From: Setoptus koraiensis
Lineage: Eukaryota; Animalia; Arthropoda
Direction of reading: 5' to 3'
DNA: 64,000 nucleotides
Assembly (NCBI GenBank): GCA_048013815.1
Contig: CM106586.1
Coordinates: 16,182,001-16,246,000 of the forward strand
Part shown: in pieces, positions 36,052 through 50,000 of the stretch
Position numbering within the stretch: position 1 is the first letter of the stretch
How the letters are laid out: each line of letters starts with the position of its first letter
The notes under the pieces: generated by a model
What the model was told of the DNA's origin: nothing
Databases searched by the model: none
Seen by the model: the letters and a program-made list of their open reading frames with translations, nothing else
Program-made: the position numbers and the translations under genes

Positions 36052-37492
36052 ATCTTGGACGGGAGATTGGCTGTTGCACGGCTACAGGCCGTTGCCGTTG
36101 CAGTCGCAAAGCGTCGCAACGGTCAGTACTGCAGCGCGATTATTGTTGTTTGGCGAACCATTTTGCCAGCGAGCCAACAACAACAATGTTGTCTGGCGTG
36201 TTTGCGAGCACAAACAAGAGCTCGGTGCCCCCAATAGCAACAGCAGGCGCCTTGCGGGCCAGGCCAACGAGAGCCAGCAAATTAGCGTCCGCACAAACCC
36301 GATTAGGCTCGTCGGGCATCGGCTGCGCTTGTTGTGCGACGCCAACAACACCAGCAACAACAACAACAGCAACAACAACACCAGCAGCAGCAACAACAAT
36401 GCAGCCATCAACAGGTGTGCGAACGAGAGCTGGCAAATTGGCCAACGACGACCGGTCTTGTCATTTTCGGCCGGGCCAACGAATGAAGCCGCTAATGAAA
36501 AACGCTTCGCAAAACATCGAAGAAGAAGAAGAAGCCGGCTGCCGACGCTGGCCAGTCGTTGGCGTTGTGCCGTCTACAAGCTCGCCGAGATTAATGTGTG
36601 ATGATATGTAATAACATTAACAAAAGGGCCAACTGTTGGTGTGTGAGCAACCGTTAACCGGCAGTTACGGCAAAACTTGCCAACGGCCAACGGGCAGTTG
36701 TTGGCGTTGGAGTTGTATGAGAGTTGTGTGAGAGTTGTGTGATAAGAGAAGCGCGGTGCATCCTCGCCGGCTGACTGGCTGGCTGGCTCTCTCGCCTTGC
36801 CTTGCCATTTCATCAACTACAACATACGAGTCGCCCATTGGTCAGACATGCCAGCAGTAGTTCACACACACGCTTTTATACGCAGCCCAGACTGCGTCTT
36901 AATGCCATTATAATGCCTGGTGGCGTTACATAATGTAAATTAGCATAGATTTTAGGCATAATAGGTCGCAATTAATTCAATGTGTGCGCGCCTGTGTGCA
37001 AGTGCGCTAATCAACTGTGTCGTGGTGTTGCTGTTGGCCACTTTTATCACTACCGCCGCTTACGCAATTAATCTACGCGTCGCCGCTTGTACCGGTTAAC
37101 CGAGTCGCATTCGCAAAATGCAACTTGTTGCTGTTGTTGTTGTTGTTGTTGTCGTTGTTGTTGTTGCCGTCGCAATTGCAAGTGATGACGCAAGATGAAA
37201 GTGCAAACCGTTCAACGTTGACGGGCGATAATAAAAGCCGCGATGATAATGGTAGTGATAATAATTGGCGGATAGAGCCATAGGGAGCGCGAACAGAAAT
37301 CATCCAGCCTGCCACTCGTGATGAAAGTCGATCCGGAGTTGCGATCCAAGTCAGTGCAATTTGTAGTTGTCGTTGCTGGTCACTGGCAGCCGTCCACTGG
37401 CCGTTGACTACCGAATACGCTGGCACTGCTGGCGCTGGTAGCAGCGGTGGCGCTGGCACAGCAGCAAGTGGCATCTCAAATCGTCTATTTTT

Positions 37493-37546
37493 TGTATTAT
37501 TTGTTGTGTTATTTGTTGTGTTGTTTGTTGTGTTATTTGTTGTGTT
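37493..37546. repeat. 12-bp tandem repeat (tttgttgtgtta-like), about 4.5 units
   Basis: Direct reading; gives the TTNN repeat in the 37073-37561 ORF. Confidence 0.8.
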
Positions 37547-39203
37547 TGCGCTGGCAAGCACTCATCTGGCCCGACCAACCAGCCACTGGCCAGACGGACC
37601 AGTGAATGGCGGGTTGGTGGGGTTTATGAGTCACTTGCATGCCCGTAGTCTCCATCTATCGCCTGTGCGCCTGCATGTCCGGTCAGTGAGCCAACATCAC
37701 TAGGATGTTGCGTCACGTCCATTCGCCCTCAACACTTTGCAACCCGATGCGACGTGAGCTCGTTGCGTGTAGCTAATTCGATGATTTATTATTGTTTCTC
37801 TCACCTGTTCGCACTTGCTGCCGCCTGGCCGGTCGGCCGGCTGACTGGCCGGCTGGCTGGTGTTGCAGGCGCGCATCAGACAGAGGCAATTGGCCTGTCG
37901 TTGATTGTTCGTTTATATCGTCAGTGGTCATCGTTTGCTCTCGTTTTGAGCTGCTTCGCGAAGCGTTGCAGCCAGACCAACGATGCCATGCGAGGGACAC
38001 AGAGCGAGAGAGACAAAGAGAATTCTTTTGATCTTCATCACTTTTCTGCTCCTCCGCTGTGAGAGTTGCTTCTTTGTCGCGCTCCTTGCTCTCTCTCTCT
38101 CTCTCTCTCACAACTTGTGAGTCACAAGTCAGTGGAATGGATTAGCAGCATCAAGGTGTGCAGCTAATCCATTCCGCCGACATACGCCGATGAATAAATG
38201 CGGGGGATGCAACCATACAATTGATGAATCTGTACAATGCCGCAGGATCGCGCATCGGCACTCTTGTGTCGTGTCGTGCTCTGGATCGTCTCAACAACAA
38301 CAAACTGCGCTCTTTTTGCTCGCCTCTCGCTCGCTGTCGCTTGCTTTTTTCAACAAATTCTTTGAGCTCTCTCTCGCTCATTGGCTCCACAATGGGCTGT
38401 TGTTGCTGCTGTTGTGCGACCTCCTTTGTTGGTTCCATTATGATGGCGTGCATTTGTTCTCGAACGAATGCACGGCCAGTGAGAGTTTGTGTTGAGGCGG
38501 TGGAAAGTGTTGTTGTTGTTGCTGTTGTTGCTGCTGTTGCTGCTGCCGTTGTTGCTGCTCCGCGAAAATGATCCGCTCCGACGACGCATCGCCAGTTAGA
38601 GGTCAGCCGGACCAATAACCGTGGCGCACCGCTGTTGATTGCGCGGCATCAAGTTGGCCATTATCCGGCCATTATCGTCGGAGTGCGCAGGAATTCGATT
38701 AGCGTCATTATCATTATTATTGTTGCCATTAGTCAATGGTGATCGTTGGCCAAATTAATCAAATATCATCATCATCGCTCAATTTGTGTGTGTATCACGT
38801 GAGAGTATGTTGAAAAAGTTGGCAACAGAGACAGTGACGCTCGATACAATATACTCTCATTTTGGCCAATAACCGCGTAACAGCGCCGCGCAAACAGTCA
38901 GGCAGCGAGTCAAGACAGGCCGACCTGGCGATCGGTCGGAAATGCAGCCATGGTTTCATTGCCAACGCTCAAGTGCAATTGTGCTCCATGCAAACATGTT
39001 ACATGCCATTTTCCATTGATCCGGCGTCACTGCCGCAGAATTAGAATCGGAGAAGTAGTCTTTTATACTGTAGCGAGACCATAAGACTAAATAGAGAAAG
39101 AGAATAAGACGAACAACAAAAGAATCATTATTATTATTCTCTCGTACTAAAGCATATTATTTATTATTATCTGTTTTCGTTCTTGGTCGTTCGCTATTTC
39201 GCT

Positions 39204-39287
39204 AGCTCTCCGTCTGGCTCTCTGCAGACAGACGGAGAGCCAGACGGAGAGCTGGCTGCAGAGAGTGAGAGACACACTCTCTGCAGC
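39204..39287. repeat. Two adjacent perfect inverted repeats: 19-bp stem with 12-nt loop, and 13-bp stem with 7-nt loop
   Basis: 39204-39222 pairs with 39235-39253; 39255-39267 pairs with 39275-39287. Confidence 0.85.
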
Positions 39288-39485
39288 TAGTTATTATTAG
39301 TTACTTAGCTCTCGTGCTTCGTTCTTATGGGTACCTCGTAGCCACCTGTAAACTTTCTAATATCTGAACTTGACCGAATAATCCCCCTGTAAAGCGCTAT
39401 GAGTAATCTTGAATCACTCGTATTATTACTCATACATCGGTGATTCATACCTCATGAGTGAATGTTGCAATATCATTGGCAGTCG

Positions 39486-39550
39486 GCAACAGCGACAACA
39501 GCAGCAACAACAGCGACAACAGCGACAACAACAACAACAACAACAACAGC
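39486..39550. repeat. (CAA/CAG/CGA)n trinucleotide microsatellite
   Basis: Direct reading. Confidence 0.9.
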
Positions 39551-40288
39551 GATATAAATATTTGCTGGTGCTGACGAATAGGCAACGATTGACGAATCAG
39601 CGAGCGCCTTCTCTGCGAGACGGCTCAAACAACAGCTCGCCCAGAACAGCGTGAATACCGGCTGTCTGTCTATTGGCTGCTGGCTGGCTCTCAATACTGA
39701 CTCAGCTACTAACCATTTATTCATCACTATCGTCGTTATGCACGCTTGACTACCTTGGCCTGACTGGATATCTCAAAAGTCATGCCTACCACTGTCTTTT
39801 GTAGATCGACGATTTGGTATTGACAATTCACAAAAGGCGCCATTGTGTGCATACGCAACACCAACAAAAACTACAACAACAACAACAGTGGCGTAAAGTC
39901 AGCTGAAAATGTTACATAACTCAAATGAAGAAAGAGAAAAAACGAACAGCTAACGAAACAAGTGGCGCAACAATGCCACTGCATTCTTTTTTTAGAACTA
40001 ACGAGCTATCGCTACTTTCCATGGCCATCGATATGTGTATCTGAAAGAATGCCTCAAGAGCGTTCTTTTGGCAGACATGAGTAATAACTTGACAGCGACA
40101 GTGAGTCTCTTGAGTGAATATCCGGCCGTGAATATTCGGCGGTGAATTTGGCAGTTGGTTATCTCAGAGGCGAATCGAACTTTTAGCTCACATGCTGCAA
40201 AGTTGGCTGCTCGACAGTGGTGACCGGAAGACGTACCTTCATCGTGCATCATGTGCGCGGCCTGTTGCGCACTGCGCTGCATCCAAGG

Positions 40289-40360
40289 GTGCAATGGTGC
40301 AACGGCGCACTGATGCAACGGCGCAATGATGCAACGGTGCAATAGTGCAACGGTACAATG
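40289..40360. repeat. 9 x 8-bp tandem repeat with 16-bp higher-order structure (gtgcaatg/atgcaacg)
   Basis: gtgcaatg gtgcaacg gcgcactg atgcaacg gcgcaatg atgcaacg gtgcaata gtgcaacg gtacaatg. Confidence 0.85.
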
Positions 40361-41956
40361 ATGCGGGTTGCGTACAGTTGTGCGAGCAGCTAAGCATTCC
40401 TTGTGGCCTACAAAGGGTTGTTCGGTGATCGTCAGCTCGCACGTTTGTCTGCGCTAATGGTGCGTCGAATGTTGTGTACGAGCAAGTGCACAAGCAGCAT
40501 CGACTCATCCTTGCCTCACTAGCGCCATTTATCATTATTCGATGATATGGTAATGAGCTGCATTATTTATTTGCGTATCAGCACCATTATGTGTGCAGCA
40601 ACAAACATGGCCGCTCATTTATCATTTATTTATTTATTAAAATAATATTTATTTAATAGTATCATCAATAACAAGGAATTGAACTGCTAGCGACGGAATA
40701 AGGCCAACGAAATCAAGGAACTGCAAACGCGAATGCAAGCATATTTATTTATAAGAGAATATTATTGGATAGATATAATCAATTTATCATCGTTTTTCCT
40801 CGTCGGGCCGTCCTAATGCAAACTAGCTATCTACGACTGTGTAGAGCTTGTTGCAGTCCATTGCATTAGCAACAACAAGAGCAGCTCTGTCTGCCGTCAA
40901 CAAGTCACAATTTAGCTATTTGTGTCGCGCCCATGACGACCTTGATCACCATCTCACTTTATTGATTTGATGATATACATTTGCCATCCTAGCCATTGTG
41001 TGTAGGTGACACAACAACGGATTGTTGTCGTCTAGTCACAAATAGACGCAACAACGCAATAAGAGCGCAAGCAACAGAACACTACAACATCACATCTAGA
41101 TTGTCAGATTAAATCAAACGGAATGGAATCAAGCGTGATGAAATGAAGCGTTTCAAGCTGCACTAACTAACAAGTAGATATGCCACTCTCCATGATAGCA
41201 ATAATATCTTGTTTTGTTTGTTGCTTCTTGTCAACACATTTCAATGCAGCATCCTCTTCCTCTCGCTCGCTCGCTCCAATCTATTCAATTTAATGACAAC
41301 ACTGAATTGCTGAATAGCTCTGGTGCGTCTGCAATACTCATTATACATTTTATTGTTGTTCATTCATGAATCATTTGCGACATTTAACTGCCCTCACTCT
41401 CTCTCACTCTCACAACAAACTAGTCAATTAAATACACAACAGCAGCGCTAACACTACACATGAGTTATATCCTAATCCAATCATCATTATTATTATTATT
41501 GTTATTACTATTATTTCCATCATTAGACAAAACATATATAGAGCTCGTCCGGGCAAGAAGCGTGCCAGTAGGCCCGACAAATAAATAACCCATGGAACAA
41601 AAATTGACAGAATGTTACAACAGACACATTAATGTATAGATGGACGCCGTTTCTGTTGCAACTGTTGCAAGTCGCCACCACATGTAAAGAAGTTACTACT
41701 AACTCAACTATTAGAGAATCTCATCATCATTAATTAATATCATCATCGTCGTCATCTTATGCCGCTTACACCAAACACGAATGCTGCAACGATCAAAACA
41801 AAGCAACCGCCAAAGTGTTCATCAGCCGCATATGTAAAGCCGACATACACAAGCGGCGTAAATGCAGCCAGTATCATCATAATATTTAAAACGTCGAAAT
41901 TAATCATTTGTTTGTTTGTTGTTTATTTAGTTTACAATTTTAGACAAAATAGATAG

Positions 41957-44906
41957 ATGTTAGAAAAACGTTGGCATCAGGGCAAAAAGCAACGCCTTCG
42001 CCAAAATAGATTCAACACTATCAAGCAACTATTGCCACTTATACCAACTAGTCTCATCGATGAAAATCTAATCGCTTGTCACTTCCGATTAGGGGAGAGT
42101 CTCATCGATGCACAGCAACAAAGAGATGACCACAACGGAACGGACAGCAACTTTAATTGTAGCAGCGCCATCAACTATGATCGCGAGTCAACGTCTGCTG
42201 CTATCGCTGAAAGCGCCGTTGCTGACACAACTGCCACTGCCAAATTGTTTAGATTCGAAAATTTACTACCAAACATAGTTATACTAACAACTGCAAGAGA
42301 AAATAGAGAGAAAATTCCATCTATTGTGCCTTCACCGAATAATCACAATCAACATCACGACCAAAAACACAAGCTTGACCACAACCATAACCATAGCAAA
42401 CTGATGACCACTCTCAAGGTGGAGCCAGTCCTTTCGAAAGATAAATATTTGTTGCTTATTGTTATTGTTCCTCATCATTATCATGCTCCTCTACAACTAC
42501 TACCATTAGCGTCACTACTGGCGCTATTAATGAAGGCAATTTATGCGCCGAAAATAAGCTTCAAATGCAAACATTATTTCAGCACTACTACTTGGTTAAA
42601 AAAGTCTAGTCAGCATATCATCGGATGCCACTATAATAATAAGAATAATAATCGTAAAAATTATCATAGACCTTGTTATTGTTGCATTGACCAATTCAGC
42701 AATCATCAAATCTTTCAAGCCAAAGAAGCTAACCATGAACATGATCAGCATAATTTTAACCCAAATAGATATTCGTTGGATAGACAGAAAAATCATCATT
42801 TGTCTTCTTTTTTGTTGTTAGTGTTCCTTCTATTATTGGCATGGTTGCTATATGCTGAATTATTGTTATTGTTGGTGTGGTCAAATCCGTTCGATTGCTA
42901 TTCACCAAATCAAATATCAACTCAATTGAGTATACTAAATTATCAAGATAATGATGGCGTACGACAGTCACACAATCCTAAAAAATCATTACTATCATGC
43001 CTGTCATCATCGTCGTCGTCGCCGTCGCCATCATCCTATTCTATTAAACTGACTAGGACCAGAACAATAGACGAGCCATTAGATAACAAGAATGAAGTGA
43101 GAATGCTTGAAATAGGCCAGCTGCATTCAAAGTCAACTAATCACAGGCTCATGCAATGGATTTGGTGCAACAACAGCAACAACAAAAAGTTACTCCATGA
43201 TTGTTGTTCAATAACAGTATTACAACAGATAACCATACCTTTTGTTGCCTGTTGTCTTATAACCGCTTTCATTCATGTCAATCGAAGGTGGTCTATTATT
43301 CAATTTCCTTCATCATCATTCAATCATGTTATGTTGACTACAATAAGTATAAGTGACTTTGCATCAAATGGTCTTCTCCATTCGCTTGTAATCGAATTTT
43401 CAAAGATTGAACTAACAAGCTATAATCCTTCAATTGTTGACTTGTGGGCTAAGACTGACCACTTCATTATTGCTAGGCCACTATCGTCCAATTCATCCAC
43501 TTTATTTGATTATCAGGCGAAACTCCACTTAATACAGCTCACATCAACTCTCAACAACAATGCAAAAGATGCCCATTCTGTCATGCCATCAGACACGCCT
43601 AAAGTCAAAAAACAATTTGATTGGCACCAACAACAATCCAAAAAGTTTAATTATCAGAAGATTACTAAATATAATCTTCATGTTATTAAGTCAAAGTTAC
43701 TTTTCCATAGTTCATCAAAATCTTCCTGCCTGTCGAAATTAAGGAGAGCCAGACTTCATAAAGACTCTACTGAACCACCGACCGTCGATTTAATTGATAG
43801 ACAAGAGAAGAGAAACTTCAGATGCTCTGGTCGACAACTCTTTACAAGCCCTAAGGAGAGAATCAGGACAAAAAAATCAAATCTCAATTGTCTTTTGATC
43901 AATTTCGCTAGTCTCTGGTTAACTTGGAATATTTTAACTTATATGTGCGTAAATAATAAGCATAACTCCCAAGATCGATTAGTAAAATTATGCTCGTGTT
44001 CGCCCATTAGACAGAATAGATCAAGTTACTCGCTGTATTCCACCTTGAAGAATATCAATCTTAAGTTATTTGATGGCAAAAATACAAGAAATAGAAGGAT
44101 GGATATCTTAGTACAAAAGGACGATTCATTATACAAAGAATGTAAGTAGCATCGAATGTTGATACCGATTATACGATAGTGAATGTATAATTCTGATCTC
44201 TTACCAGAGCCTCCACTGTTATAACTTATAGCACATGTCCGAGGCACACAGAAATCACTTGTTGCTAACTTGTGGTTGTCATGATTTTTTTGAAACATGA
44301 TATTTTCGTGATATCTAATGGAATGGTCGACTTATCTCAACTTTGTAATCATAGATTTGTCATTAAAAAATGCAATCTAGTTTATAGTGTACCATCTGTT
44401 AATATTATCTAGCAGTAATTATGATCGAAATAGATTTGTAGTCTGCCGAATATCATGACATAATTACAGGAAATTCAATATTCTTTTTACAAATTTAACC
44501 AGAGTAAAACTAAACGACAATCTATTCATTTATGCACTCTACTAATTTTATGCTTGTACTTACCACCAACCTCATCATCATCATACATAAACTCATATTA
44601 AATATCTTGTATTTTGGTGTAAATGAATATTTCAAAATATAGACCTGGTAACCGATATGTGTCAATGGAAAAGTAATCTATTTGTGCCAACAAGTAATGA
44701 TGTTTATTTTTCCAGCTACGAATATGATCCAGCTCGACGAGTTGCCATGTATAAGCAGCTATTGGATTTAGCTGATGGAGCCTATCAGGCAAGATATGAC
44801 TCAAATATGATGCGTGGAAGGATATTCTCACCTCCAACAACTAGTCCATCTATTGTACTGAAGATACCAACCAAATTGTCTAAGACATTTGCTGGTTATG
44901 AACAAG
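41957..44906 (+). CDS. Hypothetical protein, 5' part of an unresolved gene (exons 41957-44141 and 44643-44906); His/Asn/Ser-rich with hydrophobic segments
   Basis: A 730-codon ORF in AT-rich DNA ends at a strong donor (T|gtaagt). The next exon is in phase and ends at G|gtaag. No family recognised. Confidence 0.45.
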
Positions 44907-45552
44907 GTAAGAGGACAAGCATGTTTGTGTAGCTCAACAGTGGCTATTTACAGTTTTGCTTGATTAACCTTTGATTATCCAAGAAATATCATTGGAACAA
45001 GATTTTTTCAGTTTCTCGAGATAAAACAAAACAATTTTTGATGCTGTTAGAATGCACCAATTATCGCCACCAACAATTTCAATCGGTCATCATTTGGTCA
45101 GCGTTAAGGTACTCTAGTGAGTACTGGCCGAGAGAAAGAGAGAAAATCAAGTAGGCAGGCAGTCAGGCAGGTAGACAGAAAGTCGAGTAGAGAGAAACAT
45201 CGAGACTATTTTTCTAGTTTCTTGCGTGCGAACACTCGAAGAAATTGACAGAAGCCAAATGGAACAGGCGAGACTTTTAGACCACTACTTAGCACTGCGA
45301 CGTAATATTCTTATGTTTGAAAGTATTCTATTTATTTTCAAGTTGACTATCGCACTCTGGTTGCAAGAGCATTAGCGAACCGACTCAGCTACGCTTCAAA
45401 GCTGACATTATGATTATGTAAGAGTCCAGGTGACTGTGGTCAGTAATATCTATTCCTTCATGCCATGGTTGTTATTTATGCAAATTTGTCGTTAGCCAAG
45501 AACCAAAACAGAAAAAGAAAAACAAGAAGAAGAGTACATCTGGTTGCGTGTG

Positions 45553-45555
<3 letters not shown>

Positions 45556-45624
<69 letters not shown>
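45556..45624. repeat. (AG)n microsatellite
   Basis: Direct reading. Confidence 0.97.
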
Positions 45625-45625
<1 letters not shown>

Positions 45626-46946
45626 GGTGAGGATGGTTGTGGCAGCAAATGGCTGGCATTCGGCCGCAATTTAAGTGCAAAAATGCGCACTTGCAAAATT
45701 GTTAGGCTAGAACAGTCTTTCAGGAGAGTGCGAGAGAAATAGATAGACAAACAGGCAGACAGTCAGATAGATAGGTAGGCAAGATTCTTGATGCGTCAAT
45801 CAACCTGCATCCATGACGGCCAGAAGTGGGTGCGTGTGTAGTTATGTCTGTTTTGCTCTCGCCTAAGATGTTATTATGTCTATTTGGGGACAGTATTCTC
45901 TGGTTCGGTAGACATTAGCTGCCGCAGCATAAGACAACGGCAATGTCGGAAGGCGACAATGAACCGACACTTGACAGTGATTTGCAAGCTCTCGCAACAG
46001 TACTATAGCAAATATATCATTATCGATATCTTCCGTTTCTCTCATTACACCTGTTTTCGCTGTAGCTTGTGGTATAAATTTGATTGCACCAACGGGTTTT
46101 AGAATATTGGCACGGATTTACGGACGACAATCAGAAATCCGTCAGGATGAGGACGAGGACAGAGGCTTGGTGAGTAGTTGAATCGCTGAAAACTATTATT
46201 ACCCAAAAAGAGAGCCAGCAAAAAGTGGTTTTATTAGCATTGAACTGAATTAATATATCCAAATGTCCGCCAGACATTGATGCCTGTTTTTTTTCTACTA
46301 GTTGAACTTGACCATTCGATAACGGTGATCGCGACTTGCAATGAACGAGCCAACGCGATACAACCGCAGAGAGATCAATATCAATTTCATCCATCTCGTC
46401 ATCATTTTGTTTGCACTGCTGCATACTGCAGCACATTTCCGATAAGCTGTGGGAGAGCAACATTAAATTGAATTCTAATGGGCACACATAAAGAGAAGGC
46501 AGCAAGTAGAAACGTGAGTTTAAGAATGTTGTGATGCAGATGATTCGATTCAGCTTGTTTCGATTTGCATCCGAGTCACATGGAGTGTTGGAGGCTAGAG
46601 AGACTTCGTGCTTCCTCAACTAGCTCTCATCTATTTAGCTCTCTAGTTGGAGTGGCTCTCGAAATAGCAGCAACGACTGGCAACAATCTATTAATGTAGC
46701 ACTGCCGGCAGGCTCTCATGGGTGTCTTGTGCGAGCGCTTCGAGCGAGCCACTCAGACACCTGGACCGTCCACGGTCACCATTAGATCACGCCAAATTAA
46801 ATCAAGTCCGTTCAGTGGGCATTCGCTTAGTGGAGCTCAGTTTGAGCACACGATTCACAGGTGAATTGCCGCTTTGCAAATAGACAACGAACAAATACCT
46901 GGAAATAGAATACCCTCTCTTGTGCATGTAATGATTTGAGTTGTGC

Positions 46947-47010
46947 GTTGCCGAGAGTTGCCGAGAGTTGCCAAGAGTTGCCGAGAGTTGCCAGGAGTTG
47001 CCAAGAGTTG
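46947..47010. repeat. 6.4 x 10-bp tandem repeat (gttgccgaga)
   Basis: gttgccgaga gttgccgaga gttgccaaga gttgccgaga gttgccagga gttgccaaga gttg. Confidence 0.9.
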
Positions 47011-50000
47011 TAGGTACTAGTTATTATCATTATCATCATTATTATTATAATTTAGCTTTAGATTCTTACTACTTAATTTATCCCTACTCCAATTTCACAT
47101 AGTGAACCACGGGTGGTATGCACTCTCTTCTCACCTCAGACGCTTCAATGATTGATATATGTTTGGCCAAGAGTTTGGCCAAAGTTGCAGAAGCAGCTCA
47201 GCAGAATTCAATTCAGATATAGCAATAATATACAAGCGCACTCATCATAAACATATCAGACTCTAGATCGGTCGTCATGATAGAACAGCTCATGTTGACC
47301 ACTGCCACTACCACTACCACGCACGCTGACCACCGCTGCTCTACCGTTTTTGTGGCCAAAAGCCGCAAGTGCACTAGCAAAATGATGCAACTCACACACA
47401 CAAGCATCATTATAATGTAGTGTTTCGCGCCTCTTTTGGGCGCAAGCAAGCAAGCAACAGGTTTTTGTTGTCGCTAACAAATCATTGGTGAACATCATCA
47501 GCATCTCATTATTGTTATTGCATCATGTTCCTTACCTATTTAGCCTACTATTTGCCACAATAATCGTGATACATGCGCCCATGCACAGTCCATTTGTTTG
47601 TTATCTATCGTTGTTGTTGTTGTCGTCGTTGTTGCAAGCAAATCCAAGCACTCCCAGTGAAACGTTCCCATAATTAAGCGTCTCACCAGATCAAAACACA
47701 CATGTGTTGTTCTTGTTGCTAGCAGAGGGCCATGTGTGCCAGTCGAAATGTTTGTGTTGGTGGCGCCTGATAATGCGATTCTATCCAGCCCAGGGCAATA
47801 CGCTTGCCCACTACAAATACGGATGTGAACTCGTAGAGCCACCATAATCTGATGAGCCCCCTTTCGACTAATCTACGTACGTAGAAGCGAAGCGTATTAG
47901 CTCATGTTTGTTTTTATGTCCAGCTTCCAGTTTTCAAGGGGACAAAAGACGGTCGAGTTTGTTGTTGGTAGTGATGAAAATGGATTATGCAGTTTATTAT
48001 GTTTGTGATGTGTGAATGGGAGCAGTCCTTGTTGCGAAACGAAACGAGTCGCCATCAGACGAGACAAGACGAATTGAACCAAAATGAATCGTCATCATTA
48101 GGAGTGATTTAAAATTCAACAGTTTACTAGTGGCGTCTTTCGACGGCTCAGCCAAGATCATAATTCTGAAAAGTTGTTACGTTTAATAGGAACGCATCAA
48201 CTGAGCATAAAGCCCCTATTAGATTTCTGTTGATTAATAGTAAAGTTCAGCTGTGTCTGACACGATCTGGCTGGCGAAATTGCCATAGAGCACACACGTC
48301 GGTAGTCAGTTGTATCACATTGGCATTGGCTTTAGATGGATGATCTTGATTAGCGTGAGAATTGTAATTCATTTTGTTGTTTGTTGTGATCATTGTTTCA
48401 GCAGCGCACTGTTATGTTGTGCCATGTTATGCAACAAGCAAAACAAATTGTTGTATTGACCGTGTTTTCTAGTTTGTCGGACTTGTCTTTTGCTACATAA
48501 CTACCAAAGACCATCTTATCGTTCAAGTTGCTATGTTTGAGTTTTGAGTGAAATCTGTCAAAACTAACCAGCCTTTGCGCTGACACAAAAACTTCAGCAA
48601 GGTTAAATATATCGTCATTTTAGCTACATCAGCAAGTGGATGGTTGCTTGCAACGATCTATGCCACTACTAAACATGGGACCGAGATGCGCGTTGTACGA
48701 GCAATATGCAAATACGATCTAAGACGGACTGCTCGCACGACGGTCGAATGGTTTGATGATCAAAATCATCATGGTTTATCTCGGCAAATGCATAATTGTT
48801 ACCTGTTCGATCAAATACTGAATGGATCAACGCTCATCGATTTGTGTCTCTCTGGCTGTTTGACCAATCTAACAAACAAATATAATAATATCTGGCTATG
48901 AAATGAATGCGCAATGTTCACACTTTGTTACTGGTAACCATAAAGAAGGTCTGGCTCGTTTTACAATCAGATTAGATTTGGTCATGATTAGACACTTGAT
49001 GATGATTGGGCAAACATCGTCTGTCTATAATCAGCTGAGATCAATATCGTCGAGTTGGTTGTAACTACTACAGAATAGGATAGCGGCAGCAGCAGCCATC
49101 AACAAACGACCTTGAAGTTTAAACAAGCGATTAGATGTTGGCTCACCTAAAAAACTTTTTCAAAAACATTATTGATCGTAATCTCTCAGTTAGTTAGTGC
49201 ACTCTAAAATCCCGCCGATTCTTAAATTGTGCCTAGAATCTTTCCATAATATAATGTATGTTTCTTCGTTTGTGGCTAGCCATTGAGGAAACCATTGAGA
49301 GAGGAAGAGAAATCGGTTGCATCAACGATTTCAAAGAACGATAGCGCTAGACAATTTTGCACACACGCCGTCTACTGTAAAACTCTCCTAATGATAGACT
49401 CCACCATTTCCCTAATAAGTCTGACCGATAAGCGAACCGAGAGCAAAAGAAAGAGAAATACCCACCTTAGTAGGTTCTAATAATGACCATGGTGTCCATT
49501 GATCGGCACTAGTATCGCCAGTAGTGAGAGATAGCCGAGCGCATGAACAAGGAGGGAGAGAGAGAGAGAGAGAGAGCGAGGCTTCTCGAGATTGAGAAGT
49601 TATGTTAATGGTGCCATGATTAGTTGATGTTGTTCTTTGTTGTTCCGCCGAAAAGTCTCGAAACGAGAAGGCTAACGTTTTCCTATTCAGCAGCATAGTC
49701 TCTTGTGATCGAGATTGCAAATAAGAGCCAGTTGGTTGAAGAGGCACAGACGAGCCGCCAAGTCTTGTATCAAAATAGCAACAATATTGTATTACATGAT
49801 ATTGAGCGTAGATGGTCCGATAGAGAGGCGGGGGCGGACACTGGGATGGAGGGCGAAAATAATAGCAGTGGTGGACCATAAACAATAATAATCTTATATT
49901 ATTAACGATAATTATTTATTTTCTTGCTTACTTAACATGCAGTGTTTTGGCACTCGATCAAGTCTGTCTGTTTGCTTGATCTCATTCTCTTTGTGATACT

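Noticed and set aside
34255-37703. Numerous overlapping ORFs with poly-N, poly-Q, poly-L or RERE runs
   Set aside because: Explained by CAA/TTG and GA microsatellites that keep frames open on both strands; no domains or consistent splice structure.
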